This document shows, piece by piece, positions 10,957 to 20,349 of a stretch of 64,000 nt of DNA. The stretch's first letter is position 1, and each line of letters opens with the position of its first letter. The position numbers were made by a program, and so were the translations under genes. This DNA is from a virus. Its lineage: Duplodnaviria > Caudoviricetes. The stretch spans positions 64,001 to 128,000 of IMG/VR virus record IMGVR_UViG_3300009037_000004; one strand, 5' to 3'. The notes beneath the pieces are model-generated. The model had not been told where the DNA came from and ran no database searches. It saw only the letters and a program-made list of their open reading frames with translations.

Positions 10957-11919
10957 TCATGTCACGGTTATCAGTATCGGCGATCCATCGATTTCAGTCG
11001 ATGGGATAACGACGATCGACTGATCTTTCCGTGTGGCTACAAGATTGGTCGTTCCAGCCGTCACCCCCAGCACCACCAACTTGTCTGGCAATGCCGTGAC
11101 TGTGGCTATGGTCTCGTCCTCGGTGGAGTAAATGATGTCCTCGTTGGCTGTTCCGACCAGCTCTCGGAAGTCCGTGGCTGTGACCGTGGTGAAGATATCC
11201 AGAGTCTCGCCCTCTGCAACGGAGATGGGATCGGGATCCCAGACGATGGCATCCACTACCGGGAAGAGGAGATCATTGATGTTGACCGAGGATCGATCTG
11301 GGACCATGAGGACACGCTCGAAGATGATGGACTGCGTGTCGCATGACGTGGGGGCCTCCACACTCTCCACCAGCGCGCGGTACTCGCCGTTGCGGTAGAG
11401 ATCGAGCTCCACGTACCCATCCTCATCCGACCGGACATCGACCTTGGAACTCATGATTCCATAGCCGTCTACGATCGTCGGATCAAACTGGTTGATGAAC
11501 GTGATGTCGAGGCCCGGCAGTGGTCGTCCGGCTGGGTCTTTGAAAAACCCGCTGACACGGCAGAGACGCGGATCTGTGGCGACTGGGAGAGTGAAGGTCT
11601 GGCCCACGACCTCGAAGTAGTTGTTCCCGTTCGGGGCTGCGGCGGGAGGACTGTAGACGGTGATGAGCTGTGGACTCTTGCTGTCGTCTCCCAGCGCCCC
11701 ATCGAAAGCCACTCCGGTCTTGGAGAGCCGGATGGTGTAGCTGATGGGGGGATCGTCTCCGTCCAGAGTGAAATCCGCTACCGCCCGACCGCTGACCAGC
11801 GTGGTGTAATTCTGGCTGATGAAGGCCGCACCGTCCTCATCGAAGACGCGAACTAGGACGCTTACAATCGGCTCATCATCTTGATCTTTGACGTAGACCT
11901 TGACGGTTTCGACTGCCAT
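10957..11919 (-). CDS. Ig-like domain virion protein (C-terminal Big_2-like)
   Basis: YSTEDETIATV...VLGVTAGTTNLVAT pattern; N-terminal prealbumin-like beta domains. Confidence 0.6.
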   Translation of the reverse strand: MAVETVKVYVKDQDDEPIVSVLVRVFDEDGAAFISQNYTTLVSGRAVADFTLDGDDPPISYTIRLSKTGVAFDGALGDDSKSPQLITVYSPPAAAPNGNNYFEVVGQTFTLPVATDPRLCRVSGFFKDPAGRPLPGLDITFINQFDPTIVDGYGIMSSKVDVRSDEDGYVELDLYRNGEYRALVESVEAPTSCDTQSIIFERVLMVPDRSSVNINDLLFPVVDAIVWDPDPISVAEGETLDIFTTVTATDFRELVGTANEDIIYSTEDETIATVTALPDKLVVLGVTAGTTNLVATRKDQSIVVIPSTEIDGSPILITVT

Positions 11920-13755
11920 CTACTTACCTCCCAGTACGTGCCGTGCAAGCATTCTGAACGCGGCGGTCTTCACCACATAGTCAGGACGAGGCCGCATGAT
12001 CTGCCGAACAGCCTCCGAGGCGGGGTCACCCATGCGTCTCTTGGCTTTAATCGCTAGCCGACGGTAACGATCATGGTCCTCGACTACCTTATTCACTGCC
12101 TCCGGCACATTCTCCAGCCCGATGGCCACTGGGTGGCCGACATGTTGACCGGCATAAATGGCAGTACGCTTGGTCAAGTCTCCCTGGCCGTCCTCCAACA
12201 ACCCAAACTTGATGTCTGGGCCGTAGTAGACCGCGGGTTTTCCTGCCGCCACGCTCTCGGCGAAGGTGGTGCCGTGCGTTCGAATAACATTCAAATCCGC
12301 CTCGTGCATCATGTGGGCGAGGGGAGCAAAACCGTGAGGCTGGAGGCGGGGATCGATTTTCGCCAAGGATTGTAGCTCGCGTAATGCCACTGGATCTCTG
12401 CCGGCTACCGCATGAACTACGACATTTTCGGGCAGCTTGGAGAGTAGAACCTGCTTTACCAAAGGAACGACCTCGGCACCCAACGATCCCCCACTGACAG
12501 TGACGTTGAACTTCTTCGGCGTAATTAAACCCGATTTCCCTTTGGGCCGGAGAACGCCCTGGCTTACTGGGACGTTGGAGATCGCCACTCGATTCTTCGC
12601 CTTGATCTCATCCAACACAGAACGGAGGCCCACATCGATACGGTTGGGCTCGTTACCCCCACCTTGAGCGAAGGGCCATTTAACGGGGTCGGAATGAAGC
12701 GTATGAATCGGGTGATCGATCCCTTTGAACTCTTTTCGGAGATGCTCCATCGCCACAACAATGGCCTGGTCCTTATTCTCCTTCACCCAACTCCTTAGCT
12801 TCTCGTGATCAGTTCCCCCAAACGTGAACTTGAGCATGGGGATTGCCAGATCTAACTGGTTGGCCCTCCCATGCAACATTTCCCCGTATGTCCTCTCGTA
12901 TTGCTTCAGATGCGGCCCTTTGGCAAAATGATCCCCCCAGTCCACCGTCTCTGCCGGGATGCCCATCTTCCGGGCTGCCTCAGCCATGGCGTTCGCTTGA
13001 GCCTTGTGACCTCCACCTGTATTGATGTAGACGAACTTGATCCCTTTGGGCTGCACGGCCTCTGCGAACTTCACCAACCAGTCCACCGCCTCCGCGATCT
13101 TGTGCATCGCGCCCTCATCCATAGGCTTGATACGCCTACCCACACCTACACGGGCGGCGGTGCTCCCACCATCCTCTGAGGCTCCTACGTGCCCCAGGAT
13201 GCCCGCAGAACCTCGACCCTCCTGAGGGCCTGTGGAGGCAGGGGACGTGCCTTCCTGGCCAGCGTAGGTCGTAGAACGGGGGAGTACGAGTGCAGCCAGC
13301 TTCCTGATGGTCACCCCGGCCCTCTGGTCCAACTTCTCCTTCAGCGCCTCCACTGGAAGGGTGGAGATGGGGCCGAGGAACTTGGGGTCGTCGTAGTGCT
13401 GAAGGTAGGTCTTCTTGGCCTCTTCCTTTGATCGAAAGCCGAGCATGACCTTGTCTTCGTCATGCCCAGTTCCGTCTGGCTTGTGCTGGTGGACCACGTA
13501 CGCCTTCGGGGCATCTTTGACTGGCCCCACGAAGGCATCGATCTCCTCCCCGTCCTTCCCCTTGGTGCCCTTGATGTAGCCGTAGGGGCGAGACATGCGA
13601 GTCCGCCACCTGTGACCATCCCGATCTACGCCAGTGCGAACATCTCCCACCCTGTTCTCAATGGCTATTGGAATCCCCTGGACCTCTGTCTGTCCCTGGA
13701 GGCGGTGCTCCTGCGCCATTTTGAGGACCTCAGAAGCCAGTTTCCTAAGAAGCAC
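11920..13755 (-). CDS. InPase (inorganic pyrophosphatase-like) domain fused to GT-B glycosyltransferase (MGDG synthase/GT28-like)
   Basis: IAIEN...YGYIKGT.GKDGEEIDAFVG...DEDKVMLGF (InPase); TGGGH...GGSLG...GTTFAES..AGKP (GT28-like). Confidence 0.7.
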   Translation of the reverse strand: MLLRKLASEVLKMAQEHRLQGQTEVQGIPIAIENRVGDVRTGVDRDGHRWRTRMSRPYGYIKGTKGKDGEEIDAFVGPVKDAPKAYVVHQHKPDGTGHDEDKVMLGFRSKEEAKKTYLQHYDDPKFLGPISTLPVEALKEKLDQRAGVTIRKLAALVLPRSTTYAGQEGTSPASTGPQEGRGSAGILGHVGASEDGGSTAARVGVGRRIKPMDEGAMHKIAEAVDWLVKFAEAVQPKGIKFVYINTGGGHKAQANAMAEAARKMGIPAETVDWGDHFAKGPHLKQYERTYGEMLHGRANQLDLAIPMLKFTFGGTDHEKLRSWVKENKDQAIVVAMEHLRKEFKGIDHPIHTLHSDPVKWPFAQGGGNEPNRIDVGLRSVLDEIKAKNRVAISNVPVSQGVLRPKGKSGLITPKKFNVTVSGGSLGAEVVPLVKQVLLSKLPENVVVHAVAGRDPVALRELQSLAKIDPRLQPHGFAPLAHMMHEADLNVIRTHGTTFAESVAAGKPAVYYGPDIKFGLLEDGQGDLTKRTAIYAGQHVGHPVAIGLENVPEAVNKVVEDHDRYRRLAIKAKRRMGDPASEAVRQIMRPRPDYVVKTAAFRMLARHVLGGK

Positions 13756-13820
13756 GATCGATCCCTCTTCAGATACAAAAACAGGCTATATTCTGGGATA
13801 AGCCTGTTGAGGAGAAAAAC

Positions 13821-13907
13821 ATGATCGAGAAACTCTACTACTGCTGTTGCACGATCATCGGTTTGGCATTGGATGCCGCCTTTCGCCTGCTCAAGATCGG
13901 CGACTGA
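13821..13907 (+). CDS. Putative 28-aa peptide MIEKLYYCCCTIIGLALDAAFRLLKIGD
   Basis: GAGGAG RBS and upstream GGGATAAG motif like other plus-strand islands. Confidence 0.35.
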   Translation: MIEKLYYCCCTIIGLALDAAFRLLKIGD

Positions 13908-14811
13908 GCAGGCGTAGCGCCCGCGCTTTGAGCGCGGGCGCTACTTTACCTAGCGTACCGACCGCCTTCTTACCCACAGTTGCCGCAGCCCGTACCGGCG
14001 CAGTCGTTCGTTCAGTAATATGCCCGACATCCCGACTCGCTTTCCCAAGAAGCTGAGAGACTCTCCCTGGAGCCTTGCTAGACATGTGATGCAGGTACGC
14101 AGCCTCAGCGGCTTCGGGGGACATGCCATGTGTCGTCTGCAGCACCTTCAAGACCTTCCGTTTGGCCGCACGTCCAAAGCCGGCAGCTCGACTAGCGGAA
14201 CGAACATCACTGGCGGTCCCTCCCGATACGAACGTGTCTAGGTGAGAGCCCGGAGCAAGTCCTCTACCCCCCTTGAGTCCAGCCGTCTGATGCTCCATTC
14301 CTGATACGACAGGACCCAGTGCCTCCGCCCCGGGGACCTTTTGTAAAACTTTCCGTAACCGTCCTGCCGCCCTACCTTGCAAAGTACCAGCAGCCTCCCC
14401 TGTCATGCCGGCTTCCAATGGTCGCTCAAAATGAGCTCCAAGGTCCATCAACCCATGCTGAGTCTGGCCCAGGCCCATCATTCCCCGAGTCATGCGAGCC
14501 CCGGACAAAGCCCCAGGATTGGCAATGGCGTGTGCCACATCCTCTACTCCACGCTGCTGTTCCTGAAGGATTCGCTTCCCAATCTCCCGCTTGCCTTGAG
14601 CAGGCATAGCATGCAACGGAGCATTAACTGGAATCCACGGATGCCGGATTCCAGTATCCGTAGAAAGGTTTCCACGCAATGCTAGCCGACTTAGCTCAGG
14701 GTTTGCGCCCATCGATTGCATCGTGGGCTCCATCAATGCCGTATGCCCCGGCGTATCGAAACCGATCTTTTCCAACTCATCGAAAAACCCATCAATCCAA
14801 GTCGATTCCAT
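13891..14811 (-). CDS. DELEKIG-motif protein with Zn-dependent phospholipase C/P1-nuclease-like motifs
   Basis: FFDELEKIG then FDTPGH...N..TD...H...GQTQHGLMD..AH. Confidence 0.5.
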   Translation of the reverse strand: MESTWIDGFFDELEKIGFDTPGHTALMEPTMQSMGANPELSRLALRGNLSTDTGIRHPWIPVNAPLHAMPAQGKREIGKRILQEQQRGVEDVAHAIANPGALSGARMTRGMMGLGQTQHGLMDLGAHFERPLEAGMTGEAAGTLQGRAAGRLRKVLQKVPGAEALGPVVSGMEHQTAGLKGGRGLAPGSHLDTFVSGGTASDVRSASRAAGFGRAAKRKVLKVLQTTHGMSPEAAEAAYLHHMSSKAPGRVSQLLGKASRDVGHITERTTAPVRAAATVGKKAVGTLGKVAPALKARALRLLSRRS

Positions 14812-14815
14812 TAGG

Positions 14816-15061
14816 CTACCCCGCGTGCATTCCAAGAGGAACCCATCCAGCCGGCGTACCCTCTTCCACCGCTTCCATCATCCGCCGGTGCCGCTCCAGT
14901 CCCTTGTCATGGCGATTCATCGCCGCGACGTACTTGACGGGATTCTGGGAGACATTCTTGAGCATGGCATTCGTCAACATCCGACCTACGATCCCACCCT
15001 GCCCCTCTTTCACGACACCGATCTTCTCCAGCTCATCGAAGAATCCAACCAGGGAGATCAC
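14816..15061 (-). CDS. Small DELEKIG-motif protein
   Basis: MISLVGFFDELEKIG; GTGA overlap with upstream gene. Confidence 0.65.
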   Translation of the reverse strand: MISLVGFFDELEKIGVVKEGQGGIVGRMLTNAMLKNVSQNPVKYVAAMNRHDKGLERHRRMMEAVEEGTPAGWVPLGMHAG

Positions 15062-15942
15062 AGGCCACCTCCTCCAAACTCGGTTGCCGAAGGCGGCGCC
15101 ACTTCAGCCGACTCGGCTGATGTGAGCTTGCCCGTTCCCGGCACCTTCTGCCGCTGGGGACTCAGTAGAGAGCCAGGAGATGGCGGAGGTGGAGCAGAGG
15201 GAGCACTGGCCCCCGGCATCTCGTTCGCATCCAGACCACTGGGCATAGCCCCCGGAGCTCCCCCCGGCATCTTCGATCCCCCAGCGTCAGCGGGATTGGC
15301 AGCGGGCATGTCTCCAGCGCCCAGAGTTCCCGGCATGTCTCCACCACTCAACCCCCCAACCATCCCGGAGGAAGCAGGAGTTGGAGAGGGAGGTGAGGGG
15401 GGAGGAGTTGCGGGGACTGCCGCAGCTCCGGTAGCTGCGCCTCCACTACCCACGCCGCCCCCACTCGAGAGTTGATCTACGGACGCCTTCGCCTTCGTGC
15501 TGGTCGCGCTCAAGGCCCCCCGTTGCCCGAGAAGAGAGCCCGGCTGAGCCTCGCCGATCTTCTCCAGCTCATCGAAGAAAGCGGCCCACATGGCAGTCTT
15601 GATTGAGGGGCATCCCTCCCTCAATTTGTCACGAAGCGCATTCCGCTCTGCTCTTTTTGCTGGACCCCGACCCTCGACTATTTCTCTAGCACGAGGCTGT
15701 TTTGGACGAAGGATACCCGCCGACTTCTGGTACTCACTCTTGGGCTCATCATACTTCTGCTTCGCCTCGCGGACGCCCTGAGCCGTGCGGAAGTCCTTGG
15801 GAGTCTTGCCGACCTTGTGCCCCTGCTGAACCGCGATTGGATACGCGACATCTTTGGGCATCCCCGGATTGTCCTTCATGATTCCATGAGCGCGATCGTG
15901 TACCCACTTCCCGGCGGGTCCAACGGACTGACTACCCGGCAT
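15058..15942 (-). CDS. DELEKIG-motif protein with G/P/A-rich C-terminus
   Basis: KTAMWAAFFDELEKIG internal; strong RBS. Confidence 0.65.
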   Translation of the reverse strand: MPGSQSVGPAGKWVHDRAHGIMKDNPGMPKDVAYPIAVQQGHKVGKTPKDFRTAQGVREAKQKYDEPKSEYQKSAGILRPKQPRAREIVEGRGPAKRAERNALRDKLREGCPSIKTAMWAAFFDELEKIGEAQPGSLLGQRGALSATSTKAKASVDQLSSGGGVGSGGAATGAAAVPATPPPSPPSPTPASSGMVGGLSGGDMPGTLGAGDMPAANPADAGGSKMPGGAPGAMPSGLDANEMPGASAPSAPPPPSPGSLLSPQRQKVPGTGKLTSAESAEVAPPSATEFGGGGL

Positions 15943-15951
15943 GAGAACCTC

Positions 15952-16899
15952 CTACGAACTTCTGGGAGCTGATGGTAGGTCAGGAACTTGGATTTGGAAA
16001 GGATCGTCTTGGACGAGGTCTTCATCCATGAGGTCGAACTCAGTCCCCGTGCTGGGGACGAGGATACGCCTGATGACCGAGGTGCCCGCCAGAACCACGT
16101 CCACCGTAGAGCCCTTCACCAACGTCACCTCTGCCTGACCTACTCCATCCGTCTCGATCTCCTTCGCCCGGCCGGCGAAGAAGTAGCCATCCTTCGAGTA
16201 GGGGCTGAAGATATTGACGATCGCGATCTTCGACCCAACCAATGCCGTACCATCGATGTCCGCCAACTTGATCTTCCCCACGATCAGATCAGAGGACGGG
16301 ATGGCTGCGCCAGTCGTGCCTTGGGTCCAGTCGGAGTAGGAGCTGAAAGTCCCAGAGATGGAGTTGTAATACCGCTCACGATACCAGTACGAAGCTTCAC
16401 CGCTCTTATCGTCGTACTCGTACTCATCCACCCCAGCCAGAAGAGTGATGTTGGCGTCCTCCCCATTGTCCTTGTCCCCCACTGTGAAGCCAAGGATGGT
16501 AATCCCCGTACCCCCAGTGATCTCCAGCGTGCCACCTGTTCCGAGCGTCGTGCCAGTGATCTTAGGCTTGCCGGTGCCGTCGTTCGACATCGTGGCGCCA
16601 GTGATGGCCGCGTCGAACTCCCCGATTACGTTGGTCAGGCTGATAGGGTTGGCCGAGAGGAAGGTGACAGTCTGCTCTGAGCCGCCGTTCACCTTGAGCT
16701 TCAGACTCTTCCCCTGGAGAGCCGCGAATGGTCCCTCCGCTGTGGCGACCAGGTAGGGAGCTGCAGCCGCGTCATCTGTAATGAACTTGGCATCGGTGTA
16801 AGGCGTCCCTGACTCCGATCGCTGAACCTGGATCTTGTCGAACAGCGACATGACATTGGAGATCTCGGGGACGAAGATCTTGATCTTGATGATGGCCAT
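15952..16899 (-). CDS. Virion structural protein
   Basis: 315-aa beta-rich G/T-rich ORF in structural operon. Confidence 0.6.
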   Translation of the reverse strand: MAIIKIKIFVPEISNVMSLFDKIQVQRSESGTPYTDAKFITDDAAAAPYLVATAEGPFAALQGKSLKLKVNGGSEQTVTFLSANPISLTNVIGEFDAAITGATMSNDGTGKPKITGTTLGTGGTLEITGGTGITILGFTVGDKDNGEDANITLLAGVDEYEYDDKSGEASYWYRERYYNSISGTFSSYSDWTQGTTGAAIPSSDLIVGKIKLADIDGTALVGSKIAIVNIFSPYSKDGYFFAGRAKEIETDGVGQAEVTLVKGSTVDVVLAGTSVIRRILVPSTGTEFDLMDEDLVQDDPFQIQVPDLPSAPRSS

Positions 16900-17192
16900 T
16901 AGCTCTTCTCCACCTTCTTGGTGATCGGACGGAGCTCCTGAGCCGTGATGGACTCAGGCCGAGGATCTGGGGAAGGAGGAGCAGGAGCGACCGCGTCTTC
17001 TGTCCTGGGCTTCAGCTCCAGAATCGCCCGGGTCAGCGGCGGGGTCAGGGTCGGTGCGGCAGGAGTGGTGGCACTTCGAATCCGAGGTCGAACTTCCAGG
17101 GCCGCCTGCGTCTGGGGATGGTCATAGCTGATGACCTGGTCCCGCTGGCAGCAGGATTTGATCATACCCCTGGTGGCCAATGCAACGCTCAT
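16899..17192 (-). CDS. Hypothetical protein with three E[VL][RK]P repeats
   Basis: ALEVRP/ILELKP/AQELRP; coupled overlaps. Confidence 0.55.
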   Translation of the reverse strand: MSVALATRGMIKSCCQRDQVISYDHPQTQAALEVRPRIRSATTPAAPTLTPPLTRAILELKPRTEDAVAPAPPSPDPRPESITAQELRPITKKVEKS

Positions 17193-17731
17193 ACAACTCT
17201 CTTCACCCGGTACGTCCCCATTCTACATTCGTTCTCGTACGTTGTCTCGATCTGGTACGTCGCGATCAACCCTGTAGTCTCGCTTCCGCCATCCGTGGCT
17301 GCCTCTACGTTGGCCTTGGAGTCGAAAATGCGGACTCGCGCGGTGAGGAGCTGACCGAATGGGTCGTGGGTAGTGTCGTCAATGAAGGCGTTCTCGTGCA
17401 CCAGGCCGAGGATGCGGATGAGCTTGGCTGCCAGATCGTCCAGCCCGGCTTGGGATACGAAGATCTGCTCAATCTCGCGGGTGTAGGTGATGTTCTCGAT
17501 CGAGTGTCCGGAATCCGAGTAGACGATGAAGACAGCCGAGAACACCCCCACCGCCGCCGGCGTGTAGGAGGCTTCGTAACGTCCCCGTGCTGTGTGAGCC
17601 AGGCTAAGAGTCTCAAGCGGGGTAATCCCAGCAGCAGCATAAATCTCGGCCTGGGGATACTGAGCAGTATTCCCATCCTCCAAGATCATTACGATCGGGA
17701 CTGCTGTCCCAACTGTGGCTGGGACCGACAT
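17189..17731 (-). CDS. Virion-associated hypothetical protein
   Basis: 180-aa ORF, Ig-like N-terminus. Confidence 0.6.
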   Translation of the reverse strand: MSVPATVGTAVPIVMILEDGNTAQYPQAEIYAAAGITPLETLSLAHTARGRYEASYTPAAVGVFSAVFIVYSDSGHSIENITYTREIEQIFVSQAGLDDLAAKLIRILGLVHENAFIDDTTHDPFGQLLTARVRIFDSKANVEAATDGGSETTGLIATYQIETTYENECRMGTYRVKRVV

Positions 17732-17745
17732 GCAGCAATCCTACC

Positions 17746-18396
17746 CTACTTGCTCTTCTTCGCCGGCATCTTTTTCGGTGCCGGCTCAGGCTTCGGGGGA
17801 AGAGGAGGCGGTGTGGGCTCATCCACATCAGGCGGAGTTGGGTCTTTCACGTACACGACCTTCCGTAACTTGCTGTTCTTGATCTCTGACCGAACTTCCT
17901 GATTGCTCGTGGTGACCATAGCCTCCAGTTTGTTGGCGAACACCGCGAACTTGTAGACCCCGATTGCCCCGCCCACGAACAGTCCAGAGACTGTAGAGAT
18001 GATAGCCAACCAAGCGATCAAAACTTTGCGTCTCTTCTCTTTCCTTGCCTCCGCCTTCTCCTCCAGGGCAGTCTCCATCTCCTGTACAGTAGGGGCCGAA
18101 GCAGAACGCATCATCTCTGTCGTGATTGCCTGGTGACCGAGACTACTGCCGCTTCTCTTGATCTCCTGGATGATCTCTCCCTTGACAATCTCCATGCTAC
18201 GAGAGACCTGACGATGACGTTCGTCACAGGTAGGCGTCTTCACCGTATGGGAAAGCTGCGCCTTGATATCCTTGATGTCATCTGTGATGACAGACTGTTG
18301 ATCTTTGAGCGTCTCGGTGGCCTCGCGCGTCCTGCCGATATCCCCAGCTATCTGGATCAAGATCTGGGTGGTGTTTCTGTCTTCGGGGGCCATCAC
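17746..18396 (-). CDS. Single-pass membrane coiled-coil protein
   Basis: Hydrophobic VLIAWLAIISTVSGLFVGGAIGVY after basic stretch; Pro-rich tail. Confidence 0.6.
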   Translation of the reverse strand: MMAPEDRNTTQILIQIAGDIGRTREATETLKDQQSVITDDIKDIKAQLSHTVKTPTCDERHRQVSRSMEIVKGEIIQEIKRSGSSLGHQAITTEMMRSASAPTVQEMETALEEKAEARKEKRRKVLIAWLAIISTVSGLFVGGAIGVYKFAVFANKLEAMVTTSNQEVRSEIKNSKLRKVVYVKDPTPPDVDEPTPPPLPPKPEPAPKKMPAKKSK

Positions 18397-18675
18397 TCAC
18401 TCCTCTGATTTCAAGCCTGCATGATTGGAGCCATCCCCATCCACGCTCTCCTCATCCCCATTATCCTCTAGGGGGCACCCCAGGCCCAGCTTCTCCAGGC
18501 ATCGGGTATTGACCTCTTCGATGAGCCGCCCCTGCCGCTGCCAAGCTGCCAAGGTCAGCGTTTGCTGTGTCTCAATAGACTCCAGCCGTTCGTCAATCCG
18601 CTCGAGCTTGGACATCACGTTCTGGAAGAGGTCTGAGGTCTGTAGTTTCTTGCGCTTCACGGGCTTGTCAGTCAT
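18397..18675 (-). CDS. Coiled-coil hypothetical protein
   Basis: 92-aa ORF in operon. Confidence 0.6.
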   Translation of the reverse strand: MTDKPVKRKKLQTSDLFQNVMSKLERIDERLESIETQQTLTLAAWQRQGRLIEEVNTRCLEKLGLGCPLEDNGDEESVDGDGSNHAGLKSEE

Positions 18676-19252
18676 CGGAACGTCCTACTTCCTTCTGCAC
18701 GTCCGGATTGATCTGTTCAACCAAGAACTCGGAGGACTGCGAGAGCCTTCGTAGCAGGGTGAGGGGGCTGCTCAACTCAGACTGCAGCCCCTCAACGGCC
18801 TTGTAGCCCGCATGACGTAGGAGGTCCACCCACAGTTCTGTGCAGTGGACGGCCTTCTTGTTCCACTTCGTGGTGAGCCACTTCCCGATGAGCTTCCAGA
18901 GCCACTTCATCCTGGTCATGATCCCCACAGAACCGGCGGCCATCCAGTCATAAGCCTCGTTCCCGTATTTCTCGATCAGCCAGGAGAGATGCTTGCTCAG
19001 ACCTTCTTCTGTGATCAGGGGACCCGTCACAGGCCGAACGATGGCCTGCACCGTGTTGTTCTTGATGAAGTACTTGGCAGGAGCAAAATCCACACCCCCC
19101 TCACTAGACTCCATGATCACGTCGGCTTTGTAGATCTTGAAGTTTCCTACAGTGTGGGAGAGGTACTTCGACTTTGTCCACCAGGCCACGAACCAAGATC
19201 CAAACCCACGCCCCTTGGAGAAGAGCAGCTTGAATTCCGGTTGGCGCATCAC
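18668..19252 (-). CDS. Permuted papain-like (YiiX/YaeF, C92) amidase
   Basis: His first (SKYLSH), YDW, then Cys (HCTELW): permuted NlpC/P60 order. Confidence 0.65.
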   Translation of the reverse strand: MMRQPEFKLLFSKGRGFGSWFVAWWTKSKYLSHTVGNFKIYKADVIMESSEGGVDFAPAKYFIKNNTVQAIVRPVTGPLITEEGLSKHLSWLIEKYGNEAYDWMAAGSVGIMTRMKWLWKLIGKWLTTKWNKKAVHCTELWVDLLRHAGYKAVEGLQSELSSPLTLLRRLSQSSEFLVEQINPDVQKEVGRSDD

Positions 19253-20019
19253 ATCGCTCCTGGTCTGAAGATCATAAGGTAACCGCCGATCTTACCCGCC
19301 CCGGCCGTGACTCGTGTGACCTTGAAGCAGAGCTTCCACTTTTTGCTGATCCACTCGGCCTTGTAGGCGTCGAGATCCCAGACGCCGAGGGGCGAGCCAC
19401 AGTCCATGTTCTTGCAAAAGAACATCTCGATGGCGAGATCGTACAAATTCCAAGCACCCTTGTCCGCACCGTTCGGTGTGATGGCCTCAGTCCAATGCTC
19501 GTCCACATCCCAGTACCCAGCGCCCTCACCCGACTTGGTGCTGTACCCATCTGGGATAGGGACGGCCTGTGCTAGATCGACGTCGTAGGCCCCATCTCCC
19601 GCTGCCGGGACGATGATATTGAAGCCCAAGCCGGTGGGCACGAGGTTGCAGTTGCCCGTGTTGGTCAGGTTCTCGGTCGCAACCGTGGCAGGCATTCGAA
19701 CGGAGATGCTCCACGAGTCCTCAAATCCCCAGTCTCCAGCAGGTCTCCAGGAGATGTGGCCGTCATGCAACTCGATCGGTTCGCAGAATTGGGCTTCGCA
19801 CTCCTTGGTGTCGGGCTCCGTGAAGGAGAGGAAGAACTGCGTGCCCTCTCCACGACCAGAACTGGGAGGCGTGGGGTTCAGGTTATCTCCCCGAGCGGAC
19901 AGCCAGGTGAACGTGCCCTCGGTAGCCGGGCTGTTCACCATTACCGGCTTCTTATCGTACTCTCGGGGCGAGTCGAGGGCGGTGAGAGGCACACCCTCAT
20001 CTGTCTTTGGGACACTCAC
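19249..20019 (-). CDS. Virion-associated hypothetical protein
   Basis: 256-aa ORF, coupled. Confidence 0.6.
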   Translation of the reverse strand: MSVPKTDEGVPLTALDSPREYDKKPVMVNSPATEGTFTWLSARGDNLNPTPPSSGRGEGTQFFLSFTEPDTKECEAQFCEPIELHDGHISWRPAGDWGFEDSWSISVRMPATVATENLTNTGNCNLVPTGLGFNIIVPAAGDGAYDVDLAQAVPIPDGYSTKSGEGAGYWDVDEHWTEAITPNGADKGAWNLYDLAIEMFFCKNMDCGSPLGVWDLDAYKAEWISKKWKLCFKVTRVTAGAGKIGGYLMIFRPGAM

Positions 20020-20022
20020 GCT

Positions 20023-20349
20023 TTATCTCCAAGCAGCCGTGACATTCACTTCTCCGGCTGCCATCAGAGTCGTCACAGCTCTGATCGCCCGAAGGGAATA
20101 GCCCGACAGACGAACCAGATCAGCTTTGTTGACCGTGGCCACTGTTGACCACCGAAGAGGCTTCTCGGGATCGTCCTGCGTTCCCTCGATGAGCACTGTT
20201 CCAGAAAATGGCTTGGCGTTGTCGCTCGACGCAACTTGAACCGTCAGATCCTGTGCATCCTCGACATTGATCGGTTTGCCCTCTGAGTCCTTGTCGGACT
20301 TGAGAAGTTCCTCGACGTGCATGCGCTTCCTCCAAGAGAACCATTTCAT
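20023..20349 (-). CDS. Hypothetical protein
   Basis: 108-aa ORF, coupled. Confidence 0.55.
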   Translation of the reverse strand: MKWFSWRKRMHVEELLKSDKDSEGKPINVEDAQDLTVQVASSDNAKPFSGTVLIEGTQDDPEKPLRWSTVATVNKADLVRLSGYSLRAIRAVTTLMAAGEVNVTAAWR

